DNA of 64,000 nucleotides. Source: Chiloscyllium plagiosum (taxonomy: Eukaryota). This document shows positions 27,400-39,000 of the stretch, piece by piece (position 1 is the stretch's first letter; every line of letters begins with the position of its first letter). The notes under the pieces are model-generated. The model saw nothing but the letters and a program-made list of their open reading frames with translations, searched no databases and was not told the DNA's origin. Position numbers and translations under genes: made by a program. Location: NCBI RefSeq assembly GCF_004010195.1, contig NC_057751.1:1159968-1223967 (forward strand), read 5' to 3'.

Positions 27400-29550
27400 T
27401 GACCTGTTAATCCCAACTCTAGTCTTGTGTTGCCAGTTCTCAAGCATGCTGATACATTGCCCCCCATTACCATGGGCCCCAGTCTTGTGTAATAACCTTT
27501 AATATGGCACCTTATCGAATGCCTTCTGAAAATCTAAATACACTACACGGCCTGTGTCCCCCTTTTTCAACTCTGCTTGTTTTATCTTCAAAGAACTCAA
27601 AATGATCGAATGTGATGTGTCATGAGAGACAAGATATTTGGTGAATGAATGGGATTAAAAACAGACAAGTTTCAACAATGGGTCTGTAGAGACAGGGATG
27701 GCGTTGACTGAGATATTCCAGATTGGAAACTGATACCCCTATTCAAGAAAAACACAGTCAAGCGTAAAAGGAAAGGTATTAATAAAGGAAATGATAAACA
27801 GACCACAACAGAGTGTGATTCTCACAATTAACCAGCAAAAAAGACTAGGATTTACAAAGAGAGTAAGAGGATAAATTAAAGGGATCTGTATCTAAATGCA
27901 CACAATATTTAACACTGAACTGTGTGTGCAAATAAAAATAAGTAATTGCAATAAGTTGGTAGCAAGATGACATGAATTGACACCTGAATCTTGAAGGATA
28001 AAGGACGTTCAGAAATGACAGGAAGCTAGTGACTCTTTTAGTTAATGTGGCATTAACACAACAGGGCTGACCTGGGTTGAAGAAACCAGGATGAGGAAAC
28101 AGTTTCTCTGGAAATGAGAAAGGATAAAGGCAGGAAGTTACTGGTGGGGAGTGTTGTGCATCAAGGGTCGAGATTGAAAGGAGAAATTATGAGAGTTAAT
28201 CAGGAAGGCCCAGTGATAATCCTGGGACATTTCGATTGACATCTGGACTTAGAAAGTCACATGGGTAAACATATCCCAGATGAGGTGAATGTTTCAGGAT
28301 GCATTCTGGAGCTGAACAGTGAGTAGGCTGTACTGATCTGATATTAGGAATGACATAAAATTAATGGATGATCTCACTTTGAAGACATCCATCAACCGTG
28401 TGACCATGATGTGGTTGAATTTGACACATGGTCTGAGGGTGACAGGAGTGGGTCTGACAGAATTCTTGTAAAACTTAAACAAGAGCCATTGTGAGAGCCT
28501 GAAAGTAGAGCTGGCGAACGTTTACTGGCACTTGAGTTTAAAGAATAGGTCAATATTTAAGATATTTCAGAGAAAAATTCAGAATTCTTAGAAAAATATA
28601 TTCCACCGAGTAAAAGCTTTTAAAAAAAAGGATAGACCCACCGTCCACGATGTGATTAGAAATGAAGAAGATGGTGTCATTGTGCGAAGCCAGATTTTCC
28701 AGGTCAGAAGATTAGACGGAATTTGAAAACACAATGCATGTCCAAAAGATTAAGCAAGGAGGAAATGGGAGGACCAGAGAGGGAAAAACAGATATGAAGA
28801 GTATCTGTAAATATTTTTGAAAAGAGCGAAAAAGGTCAACTTTGGCCAGATGGAAAGTAAGACTGAAGAATTCTCTCAGTTTAAGGGAAAATAAAGAAAT
28901 GGCAGATGAATTGCACAGGAATTTACATCTGTCGTTACTGCATTGGATACAAGTAACATCCTGAAAGCAGTCAAAATCAGGAAGTGGAATGGAGGGAGGG
29001 ACTCAGGAAAGCAGAGAAGTTGTACTGAGTAAATGTTTGGAGCTGCCGGCTGTCTGAACCAGGATCCTGATGGTCTGCATCATGAGTCTTCGAAGAAATG
29101 GCTAGTGGGATAATTGATGTGTTAGCTTGAATTTGGGATGATGCCATTAGATTACAAAATCGTGTGAAATTGCTTGTTTTGTCAGGAAGAATAAACTGCA
29201 GAGATCTGAGATGCTGAAGAATCTGAGTGATTTTGTGTGTAAGTTGTAAAATGTCAGCTCGCACGTGCAGCAAGTAATTATGAAAGCTCATAGTTTTATT
29301 TCTGACAAGGGAAATTGAATTAAAAACGTGATGCTTCAGTTACTCAGGGCACCAGTGAGACCACATCTGGACTACTGTACTGGTCTCCTTATGTAAGGAA
29401 GGACTTGCACACAGCTCAGATGTTTGACCAGACTGAAACCTGGAATGGTTGCGTTGCCTTATGAGGAAAGCTTGGACAGGCTGGGTTTATCTCTCCTGGA
29501 ATTGAGAAGAACAAGAGGCAACTTGGTTGAAACATACAAGATCCTGATGA
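27400..29550. mobile_element. Old, heavily deleted CR1 remnants in both orientations
   Basis: Recognisable endonuclease and RT pieces (tgtatctaaatgcacac, gtgagaccacatctggactactgt, cttggttgaaacatacaagat). Confidence 0.6.
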
Positions 29551-31339
29551 ATTTTGGTCATCCCTAGTTGCTCTAGAGAAGGTGGTGGTGAACTGCCTTC
29601 TAGAACTGCTGTAGGTAGACCTAAAATGCCATTACAGAAAGGAATTACAGGATCCTGACACAGCGACGTGAAGGAATGGTGATATCAGGATGGTGAGTGT
29701 CTTGGAGGGGAACCTGCATGTAGTGCTGGTTCCACACTTTACGTAACAGCAGCATGCAAACAATGAGATGCTGTGTGTCTGGTGATGTTGGGTTTCATGC
29801 CCATCTGAGAGGTCAAGTGTAGACTCAACTTTCTCCTTTGAACCCAGCGTTGCAAGACCAGCACTCCCTCTGCCAGCATGGATCTACGTGCTGAGCTCAC
29901 TTGTGACACTCAAGCCCGGACTCAGAGTTGAAAGTGACACCCACTGCTGACATTTCAAGTAGGAAAATAGCTGTAAGGGGTTACTACTTCATGCAAGAAC
30001 AGATTTGTCTGGTTTGTTTTCTGGTAAAACAGCTGGAACTTATTAATTTACACAGACTGAGCCTTTTGAAAATTTCCCAAATTCCCACTAGGACGTTGAG
30101 GGTCCCCTCGCACTGGGATGTTCAGGGTCACAGGAAGCTTGCCCATTCTTATGCATTGGAGACCTGATGCATTACATTCCTGGACACTGTCAAGTGGTAT
30201 CAAGGGGAAAAGATCAGAGGGCCATTTGAAACTCTAGTCATGATCCTTGGACAGATTGATAACTTTTCAAACAGACAACTGAACTTCCAGTGAATAGCTG
30301 AATTGATGACAGAGACATTTACAGAAAGGACTATTGATAGTCACTACTTTTGTTGGCAAAATGTACTTTAAATTACATTACAGAAACAGGGAAAGAAAGG
30401 AACACCATCAGGTCAATATTATATGGTCTTTTAAGATGATGTTCAGTTCTCCCAGAAACAATCAAGAATGATTCTTAGCTCCTGTGAGCTGACATCTTAA
30501 TTATTCCTCTCCCAGCTAAGATATCTGTAACCCCTGAACCGTTTTTCATGGTGAGAGTCTTTTCCTGGTTTTAACTCCTCACAAATTTTATGTTTCAAAT
30601 TCAAGCATGACTCCTTTTTGGAATGTATTCCTTTATTATGTACTGGCCCAGGGCCCCATTAATGCAGATAGGCTTTTTGGTTCAACCACTGCATGTGGTT
30701 GTAAGCCTCTTGGATTTCCAGCAAACATTTTATTAACTGGCACTTCCAGGACCAGCTGTGTGCCTGTTGATCAAATATTCTGGAGAATCAGGAGATCCAC
30801 ATAGTCAATTTAAAAATACGCTCAAAGTAATTGAAACAAAATTGAGGGATATACACATGACTGTTATGCATTATTTGTAGCTTAAATCACTTCATTAATA
30901 AACCAGCTTTGCATTAAATAAAACTCATTGGCAGAGAGGTATCTCACCCTTCTCTGACTGTGTGAACATTGTGGTTTTTGAGGAGAAATTGAATCAACTG
31001 TTAATATTTCATATGACCATTCAACTGGACCAGAAGTATATTTGCATTAAGGAAACTAAACTAAAAAACTGATAATAATTGGACAGAATAATACAATAAA
31101 CCTGGCTGTATTTGTGGTCTCTAATTTTTGTCTGTATATTGAGAATTTGTAATGTACCAGTTAAAACCGTTTGCTGTATTAGTCTTCCACGGTAGCCTTG
31201 ATTTCTTCTGAGAAAAAATGACAAGGGTCCATTTGTTTGCATTGTCCTGCAATGCTCCAAAAGCACTTGTCACCTTTGGGAAAATGCAGTGTTTGCTTGT
31301 TCTTTCGCAGTTTTCTGCTGCTTAGCCAATTTCTAAACC

Positions 31340-31764
31340 TGCGCCCACACCTCCTCCCTCACCTCCATCCAAGGCCCTAAAGGAGCCTTCCACATCCATC
31401 AAAGTTTTACTTGCACATCCACTAATATCATTTATTGTATCCGTTGCTCCCGATGCGGTCTCCTCTACATTGGGGAGACTGGGCGCCTCCTAGCAGAGCA
31501 CTTTAGGGAAGATCTCCGGGACACCCGCACCAATCAACCACACCGCCCCGTGGCCCAACATTTCAACTCCCCCCCCCACTCTGCCGAGGACATGGAGGTC
31601 CTGGGCCACCCCCTGCAGGCACTCTGCCTCTATTCCTGATGAAGGGCTTTTGCCCGAAACGTCGATTTTCCTGCTCCTCGGATGCTGCCTGAACTGCTGT
31701 GCTCTTCCAGCACCACTCTAACCTAGAATCTGGTTTCCAGCATCTGCAGTCACTGTTTTTACCT
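31340..31764 (+). mobile_element. Penelope-like element fragment: GIY-YIG endonuclease remnant plus hammerhead-bearing tail, flanked by 12-bp direct repeat aatttctaaacc
   Basis: Translates [35 protein letters not shown]...VAQHFNS; direct repeat at 31328-31339 and 31765-31776. Confidence 0.88.
31632..31667 (+). ncRNA. Minimal type I hammerhead ribozyme motif, family A, intact core (predicted cleavage after C31663)
   Basis: attc-CTGATGA-A-GGGC-tttt-GCCC-GAAAC-GTC-gatt; stem I is weak. Confidence 0.72.
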
Positions 31765-32554
31765 AATTTCTAAACCAAGTCAAGTATTATGTGCATTGGA
31801 CTGGGGAATGAGTCCAGGTGGGTTACTCTTTGAAGGGTCGGTGTGAACTTATTTGTGCCAAAGGGCCTGTTTCTATACTGGAGGGAATCTAATCTCAAGT
31901 CAAAAGTTTGCATTTGAATCGACAAGCTTGAATTTGAGCCAGGAACAATTTTAGCACCTGCATTCTGAAAGTGCAGGTACACTAAATATTCACTGCCTCT
32001 CCAAGGATTCCCTGAGGTTTGTCAGTCATGGCCCACACAGGTTCCCTACAGTGTCCTAAGTTTGCAGATCCTGAAATTATAAGCACTTGTTATTCACTGA
32101 CTGTAGATATGAGGCTAACTCAGCTGTAAGGCCTTGGTTTACCCCAACCACTTTTTGATTCAATTCACTCCTGGCACATGTGCACCATGACATTTATCCC
32201 CCCTGTCCCGGGGGCTGGGAGAAGGTACACATGATGTTGGGTGACATTTAACTTTGAGAAGTTAGTGGTGATCCACGACTGTCAATCACTCAGGATTCCC
32301 CGCCCACCAGACTGGGGAGTTCTGATTGAACTGTCAAAGGCTCAACAGTGATTGGATCGCCTGGGGGAGCTCTGGGGCATTCGGCGATTGGTCTGCAATG
32401 CTGCGCTGTGATTGGTTCGAGGATCGAGGTCTGCGGTTGGTTGGTTTTAGCGCAGGGTGTGATTTGTCTATGCGGGAGTTCGGTGAATTGTCAGATTGAA
32501 GAAGCTCGCTGATTGGTCAGAGTAAGGTTGCTGATTGGTTGAACTGAGAGCTCA

Positions 32555-32982
32555 CTGATTAGTGGGTTTGAGGGAACACGATGATTGGTCAGACTGAAGG
32601 AGCGCAATGATTGGTCGGATTAAGGGAGCACGTTGATTGGTCGGACTGAAAGAGCGCGCTGATTGGTCGGACTGAAGGAGAGCGATGATTGGTTAAACTG
32701 AAGGCGAGCGCTGATTGTTCGGACTGAAGAAGCGCGATGATTTGTCGGACTGAATGAGCGCGATGATTGGTCGGACTGAATGAGCGCGATGATTGGTCGG
32801 ACTGAATGAGCGCGATGATTGGTCGGACTGAAGAAGCGCGATGATTGGTCGGACTGAAGGAGCGCGATGATTGGTCGGACTGAATGAGCTCGCTGATTGG
32901 TCAGACTGAAGGAGAGCGCTGATTGTTCGGACTGAAGAAGCGCGATGATTGGTCGGACTGAATCAGCGAGATGATTGGTCGG
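32555..32982 (+). repeat. 26-bp tandem array, consensus tgattggtcggactgaa(g/t)gagcgcga, about 16-17 units, with looser units back to about 32320
   Basis: ATTGG cores or one-base variants at 32584, 32610, 32636 ... 32948, 32974 in exact 26-bp phase. Confidence 0.95.
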
Positions 32983-32988
32983 GCCGTG

Positions 32989-33063
32989 ATGGCGGTTGAT
33001 GTCGGTCTCCGGCTTCGGGCCGTCACTGAAAACATGAAGATGGCGACATCGAGGAGATCAGCG
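32989..33063 (+). CDS. PLPBP: PLPBP exon 1: [25 protein letters not shown] (alternative in-frame ATG at 32971)
   Basis: Strong Kozak context gccgtgATGg, donor gtgagg, CpG-rich surroundings. Confidence 0.88.
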
Positions 33064-36000
33064 GTGAGGGGGCGGCAATGTTAAATAAACCAGTCAGTCA
33101 ATGGTGATAAATAGATAGGGCCCGGGCCCGGGTCTGGGGGCGGGCGCGAGCTTCTGGAATGTTCTCCCGGGAATCCCCCGGAAGTAGGTAATCAGGGAAT
33201 GGGATCCACTCAATCCCGGATCACAGCCCCGAGGGCTCATAGACTGGGCTCGAGGGGCAGAATGGCCTCTTGCTTCCCCTAACGAGACCGGCCCCGGAGG
33301 GGAGGGGGGGGGCCTAACCCCGACCCCTGACTCTGATCCTTGACCTCTGACCCCGACCCTTGACTCTGATCCCTGACCCCGACCCCTGACTCTGATCCCT
33401 GACCTCTGACCCCGACCCCTGACTCTGCTGACCCCGACCCTGACTCCGACCCTGACCCTGACCCCGAGCCTGACCCTGACCCTGTCCCCGTCCATGTCCC
33501 CGTCCATATCCCCGTGTCTCTGACCATGTCTGTGTCTCTCTCTGTCCCTAGGCTCTCCCTGATGTCACGCCGCGCCTGGTGGCTGTTGGAAAGACCAAAC
33601 CAGCGGCCCTCATGATAGAAGCTTACTGTCACGGCCAACGGCACTTTGGGGAAAACTATGTGAGTAACTGGTGGCTTCATCCCCTTCCTTCCCGTTCCCC
33701 TGTCCCCATTAGGAGAGTGACAGGCATTGGAGCTGGTGACACACCTCTTTGACCAAACATTTGCCGATGGAATTTACATTTGACTGTTTCCTCTAAGGGA
33801 CCACCCGAAGGGGGAGGTACATCTCCAGCTCTTCGGAAACTGCAGCACACCACTGCTGGAGTGTAACACTGTCAGGTGCGCCTGCTAAATTCCTCTTCTC
33901 TTGTGGAGGTGAAGCATCCTATTCGATGACTTATTCAATTGTGTGCACTGGAACACTCCCGGGTTTGTCAAGTTGCTGTAATTCTCCATGTTGTTAGGCA
34001 GATGTCAGTGTTGTAACTGGATGGCAACAGCTGGGTTAGGGAAATGGCAGGTTCTGGAGCACAATATTGCTGGAATATTGTCAGGACTCATCTGTGAGGG
34101 ACACGGACAGGGACATAGTGCACAGGGATGTTTAGGTGAGTTGCATTAGTCAGGGGTAAATGTAAAGAAATAGGATCGGGGAATGGGTCTAGGTGGGTTA
34201 CTCTTTGTAGGGTCAGTATGGACTTGTTGGGCTGAAGGGCCTGTTTCCATTGTAGGGATTCTATGATATCACATGGAGTGAATTGAATTGGCTGAAGACT
34301 GACATTGATGATGCTGAGAGCCATTGGAGGAAGTTGAGATGGATCATCTACATGGCCCTTCTTGCTGAAGAGTTTCGCAAATGCTTCTGCCTTATCTTTT
34401 GCACTGACATACTGGGGTCTTCTGTCATTGAGGATGTGGATATTTCTGTTTAATGGTCCACCACCATTCACAACTGGATGTGGCAAGACTGCAGAGCTGA
34501 GATCTGATCCGTTGGTTGTGGGATTGCTTAGCTCTGTCTATCACTTGCTGCTTATGCTATTTGATGCACAAGTAGTCCTGTTTGGTAGCTTCAACAGGTT
34601 GACACCTGATTTTCAGGTCTGCCTGATGCTGCTCCTCGCATGCCCATTGAACCAGGGTTAATTCCCTGCCTTGATGGTAATAATTGGGGGGGGGGGGGGA
34701 ATAAGCCAGGCCATGAGGTTACAGATTGTGCTGGAGTACAGTTTTGCTGCTGTTGAACACCTACAGCACCTAATGGATGCCCAGTCTCCAGTTGCTGGAT
34801 CTGTTTGAAGTCTGTCCCATTTAGCATGGTGATACTGCCAGACAAAACAATGGAGGGTATTCTTAATGAGAAGTTGGGACTCCATATTCACAAGGACTGT
34901 GCGGTGGTCCCTCTTACTGATCCTGTCATGGACAGATGTATCTGCAGCCAGCAGGTTGAGAAGATTGATGTCTTCCCTCCTTGTTGGTTCCTTCACCAGC
35001 TGCCTCAGACCCAGTCTAGCAGCTGTGTCCTTTAGCACCCAACCAGCTTGTTCAGTAGTACTACTGCTGAGCGACTCTTTGTGATGGACAATGAAATGCC
35101 CCATCCAGAGTACGTTTTGTACTCCTATCTCGTCCTCAGTGCTTCCTCTAAATGTTGGTCAACATGGAGCAGTAATGATTGATCAGCTGAGGGAGGATGG
35201 TATGTGGTTTTCTTGCCCATGTTTAACCTGAAGCAGTGAGACTGCATGGTGTCCAGCGTCAACGTTGAGGACTCCCAGAACAGCTGCCTCCTTACACTGT
35301 ATCCCACTGTGCTGCCACCTCTCCTGGGTGTGTCCTGCTGGTGAGACAGGACATATCCAAGGATGCCGATGGTGGCTGTGTCAGGCTCCTGCTTGATTAG
35401 TCTGTGAGACCGCTCTCCCAGTTTTGGCAGAAGCCACCAGGTGTCTGCAGGCTCGACAGGCTTCTTCCCGCTGTTGCCTTTTTTCTGTACCTCAGTCAGT
35501 ACCAGGTCATCCATTTGGTTTCATTTCTTTGGTGAGACTTGGTAGTGATGGATGAAAGTGTGTCGCTTGCTTGGCCATTTCAGAGGGCAGTTGAAAATGA
35601 ACCACTTTGCTTGGGTCTGGAGTCACATGTCAGGCAGATCAGTTGAGGATGGCAGATTTACTGAGACACATGGGGTTTTCTGACAATTGACAGTTGTTGT
35701 ATGGTTAACGGAGATTCTTAATACCAGATTTTATTTTAAAGTTGAATTCAAATACCCGTCTGCTGTGGCAGGATTTGAACCCAGGTCCCCAGGACATAAA
35801 CTGACTTTCCAGATTAATAGTCTAGCGATAGTGCCACTTGGCCATTACCTCACCCTGTCTCCATGTTGTCCCTTGAGAAGATGGTGACGGCAGTTTTTGT
35901 GGCTCTTGCTGTGCTGTTGGTATGTGGGCAAAAACAAATGAAAGGTTTTGTGTTTCACTAGATTGGGATCTGCTGACGTTATACAAGAACTGCCCAAAGG

Positions 36001-39000
36001 TATCCCAGCCCTAATTCGCTTGGTGTGCTACTGTGTGCAGTTGCAATGCACCTTCTGTTTCTGGCCTTGTGTGGGAATGAGAGCCAATGTTTAAGGTGGA
36101 AGATGGGTTTTCAATCGACTGGTTAATCCTGACTGATGTTGGGTTTCTGACATTCTCACTCACAGGTCCAAGAGCTGGTGGAGAAAGCCGCTGACAGTCA
36201 GGTACGGTAACTGCTGTTTTCCAGGCTTTGAGTGATCTGATGTGATTTATTCATTGCCATGTGTATTTTATCACAAAATGCAGAGAAAAGTGTTGTGTAG
36301 TGTTGCTACTCTCCAGTGCCATCCTAAAGCTCAGAAAATAAAACCAAACCCTGGAATAGAAAGGCAGCAGGATAAAGAAATGAAGAAAAAATGTTCACCT
36401 TGACAGTTCTTCTTGTTAATTAGTTTGCCATGGGCCATGAGTCTGGTGATCAGGCACGAGTCCTCCTCGATGCCCCACTGCCAGAGGAATGGAAGTTACC
36501 CACTCTTCAGGGCCATCTCATCTCCACCGACACCCTCAGCACTGAGTCCTTGCTGGCCTTGTCAATGCAGTCACCACCACCACTGGGTACTGCACTGGCT
36601 CAAACATGACTCTGCCACCACCAGGTGTCTGGGCCATTTTGTGACTGCGCCGGTCTCTCTTTACACTGTGCCAAGCCCTGGGTCCCCTTGAGATAACATC
36701 GGGTTACATCGAACTGGGTCACCTTGCTGACCACACCAAGTTGCCTTGTTTCATCTATCGTGAGTAACATTTCCTCACCTCTCCCTTCTCTCCAGATCCA
36801 ACCCTTGAAGAGAAAGGCATTTTCTCCTGTTCCAAATAGACATTCCTGATTTTAGATTAGATTAGATTAGATTACTTTACAGTGTGGAAACAGGCCCTTC
36901 GGCCCAACAAGTCCACACCGACCCGCTGAAGCGCAACCCACCCATACCCCTACATTTACCCCTTACCTAACACTATGGACAATTTAGCATGGCCAATTCA
37001 CCTGACCCTGCACATCTTTGGACTGTGGGAGGAAACCGGAGCACCCGGAGGAAACCCACGCAGACACGGGGATAATGTGCAAACTCTACACAGTCAGTCG
37101 CCTGAGGCGGGAGTCTCAGGCCGGGTCTCTGGCGCTGTGAGATAGCAGTGCTAACCACTGTGCCACTGTGCCGCCCACAAATGGTGGCCCCGAGGCTTAC
37201 GTTCTCCGGTGTAAAAACCCTTTGGAATTTTGTTTCAATCAAGTTGCCTCTTAGTTTTCTCAAGTTCTGCAGATGGAAGCTTTGCTTGTCCAACATTTTC
37301 TCAAATGACGATTGGTCCATTTTACGTAAATCTTCTCTGAACTGCTTCCAAGGTATATCCTTACTGAAGTCAGCTGATCAATACGGGCCACAGTACCCTA
37401 GATATGGTCTCACCAATGCCCTGTTGAACTGATTATAAATTGGGAATCGCTTGAATTGGTAGCTGGTTTGTCTTGCAAACAGCAATGGGTTCAATTCCTG
37501 CCCTGGCTGAGTTTACCATGAAGGCCTCTCCTTCTCAACCTCTCCCCTTGCATGAGGTGTGTAGCCCTCAGGTGAAACCACCACCAGTTGTCTCTCTTTC
37601 TATCTATCTCTCTCTCTCTCTCTCTCTCTGTAGTGAGGGAGCAGCCCGATGATCTGGTAAGTCTGTGGCAACTTTAGCTCTTATGACTGAAACGTATCAC
37701 ACACGCACGAAGCAACTCCACCGTCCCGTGGCCTAACACTTTCACTCCCACACCCATTCCCATTTCGCCAAGGATATGCAGATGCTGGGCCTCCTCCTGA
37801 CGCCTGGAGGAAGAACACCTCGTCTTCCACCTTGGGACCCTCCAACCACACGGGATTAATGTGAATTTCACCAGTTTCCTCAATTCCCCTCGCCCACCTT
37901 ATTCCAGATACAATCTTCCAACTCGGCACCACCCTTGTCCTACCTGTCCACCTTCCTTCCTACCTATCCACTCCACCCTCTTCTCCAACCTATCACCATT
38001 ACCCCACCTCTGTCTACCTATCGCACACTCAGCTATCCTCCCCTAAGCACCCCCCTTCCCATTTATCTCTCTACCCCCCCAGCCCACAAGCCTCATTACT
38101 GATGAAGGGCTTATGCCCAAAACATCGATTCTCCTGCTCCTCGGATGCTGCCTGACCTGCTGTGCTTTTCCAGCACCACACTGTCGACTCTGATCTCCAG
38201 CATCTGCAGTCCTCACTTTGTCCTCCCTAAAGCTTATCCTCCCTGCCCCTGCATTCAATTCCCCTCCCCCAGTAAATAGTGAGAATATGTTAGCTTTCTG
38301 TACCTGGATAATAACCCTCTGCAATTCATGCATAAGGACACCCAGATCTGTCTGCATCTCCAATCTCTGCAATCCCTCACCAGTTAATTATATGCCTCTT
38401 TTTTATTATTTATGCTCAAATGGGCAATTTCACATTTTCCCGCATGGTAATCCATATGCTAGATATTTGCCTACTTGCTTCCACATGCCCTGTTCTAACT
38501 TATATAAAAAAGCTTCTGGCATTTTCTTGATGACAGATATTAGGCTAACAGGCCTGTAGATTCCTGCGTTCTGTCTCCCTCTATTCAAAACAAGTTAAAT
38601 TTGCTGTCTACCAAATCAATGGAGTTTTGGGAAATGTAAAATAACATATCGACTATTTCACTGGCCACTTCTTTCAACATCTGAGTATGATGTCCACCAG
38701 GACCCTAGCTCCAGATAGCCCACAGCTGCAGCAGTTTACTCAGTGCCCGTTCTCTAGTGAGTGTGATTTTCCTGGGTCCCTCCCTTCGATCCATCTCCTG
38801 TTTTATCACTGTTTCTGGGATATTACTTCTAACTTCTAGAGTTAAGACTGATGTAAATTCCTGTTCAATTTATTTGCTGTTACCTTAGTTTCCCCTAATA
38901 ATTCTCTAATCACACACTATAGGACCAACACTCAGTCTGTTAACTCTTTTCTCTTTCAAATATGTATAGAAACTCTTACTATCTGTTTTTATATTTTTGT

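Larger units (their letters stand above)
32295..33300 (+). promoter_or_regulatory. PLPBP CpG-island promoter / first-exon region
   Basis: Much higher CpG density than flanks; GC boxes (ccgccc near 32300, gggggcggg 33136), many inverted CCAAT boxes, YY1-like AAGATGGCG 33037-33045, ETS CCGGAAGT 33178-33185. Confidence 0.8.

Noticed and set aside
32555..32982. 26-bp array as a CRISPR-like locus
   Set aside because: Units are head-to-tail with no unique spacers, there are no cas genes, and the context is a vertebrate promoter.
33094..33680. Minus-strand ORFs with RV/SG dipeptide repeats
   Set aside because: Translations of the intron 1 hexamer repeat, with no other coding evidence.
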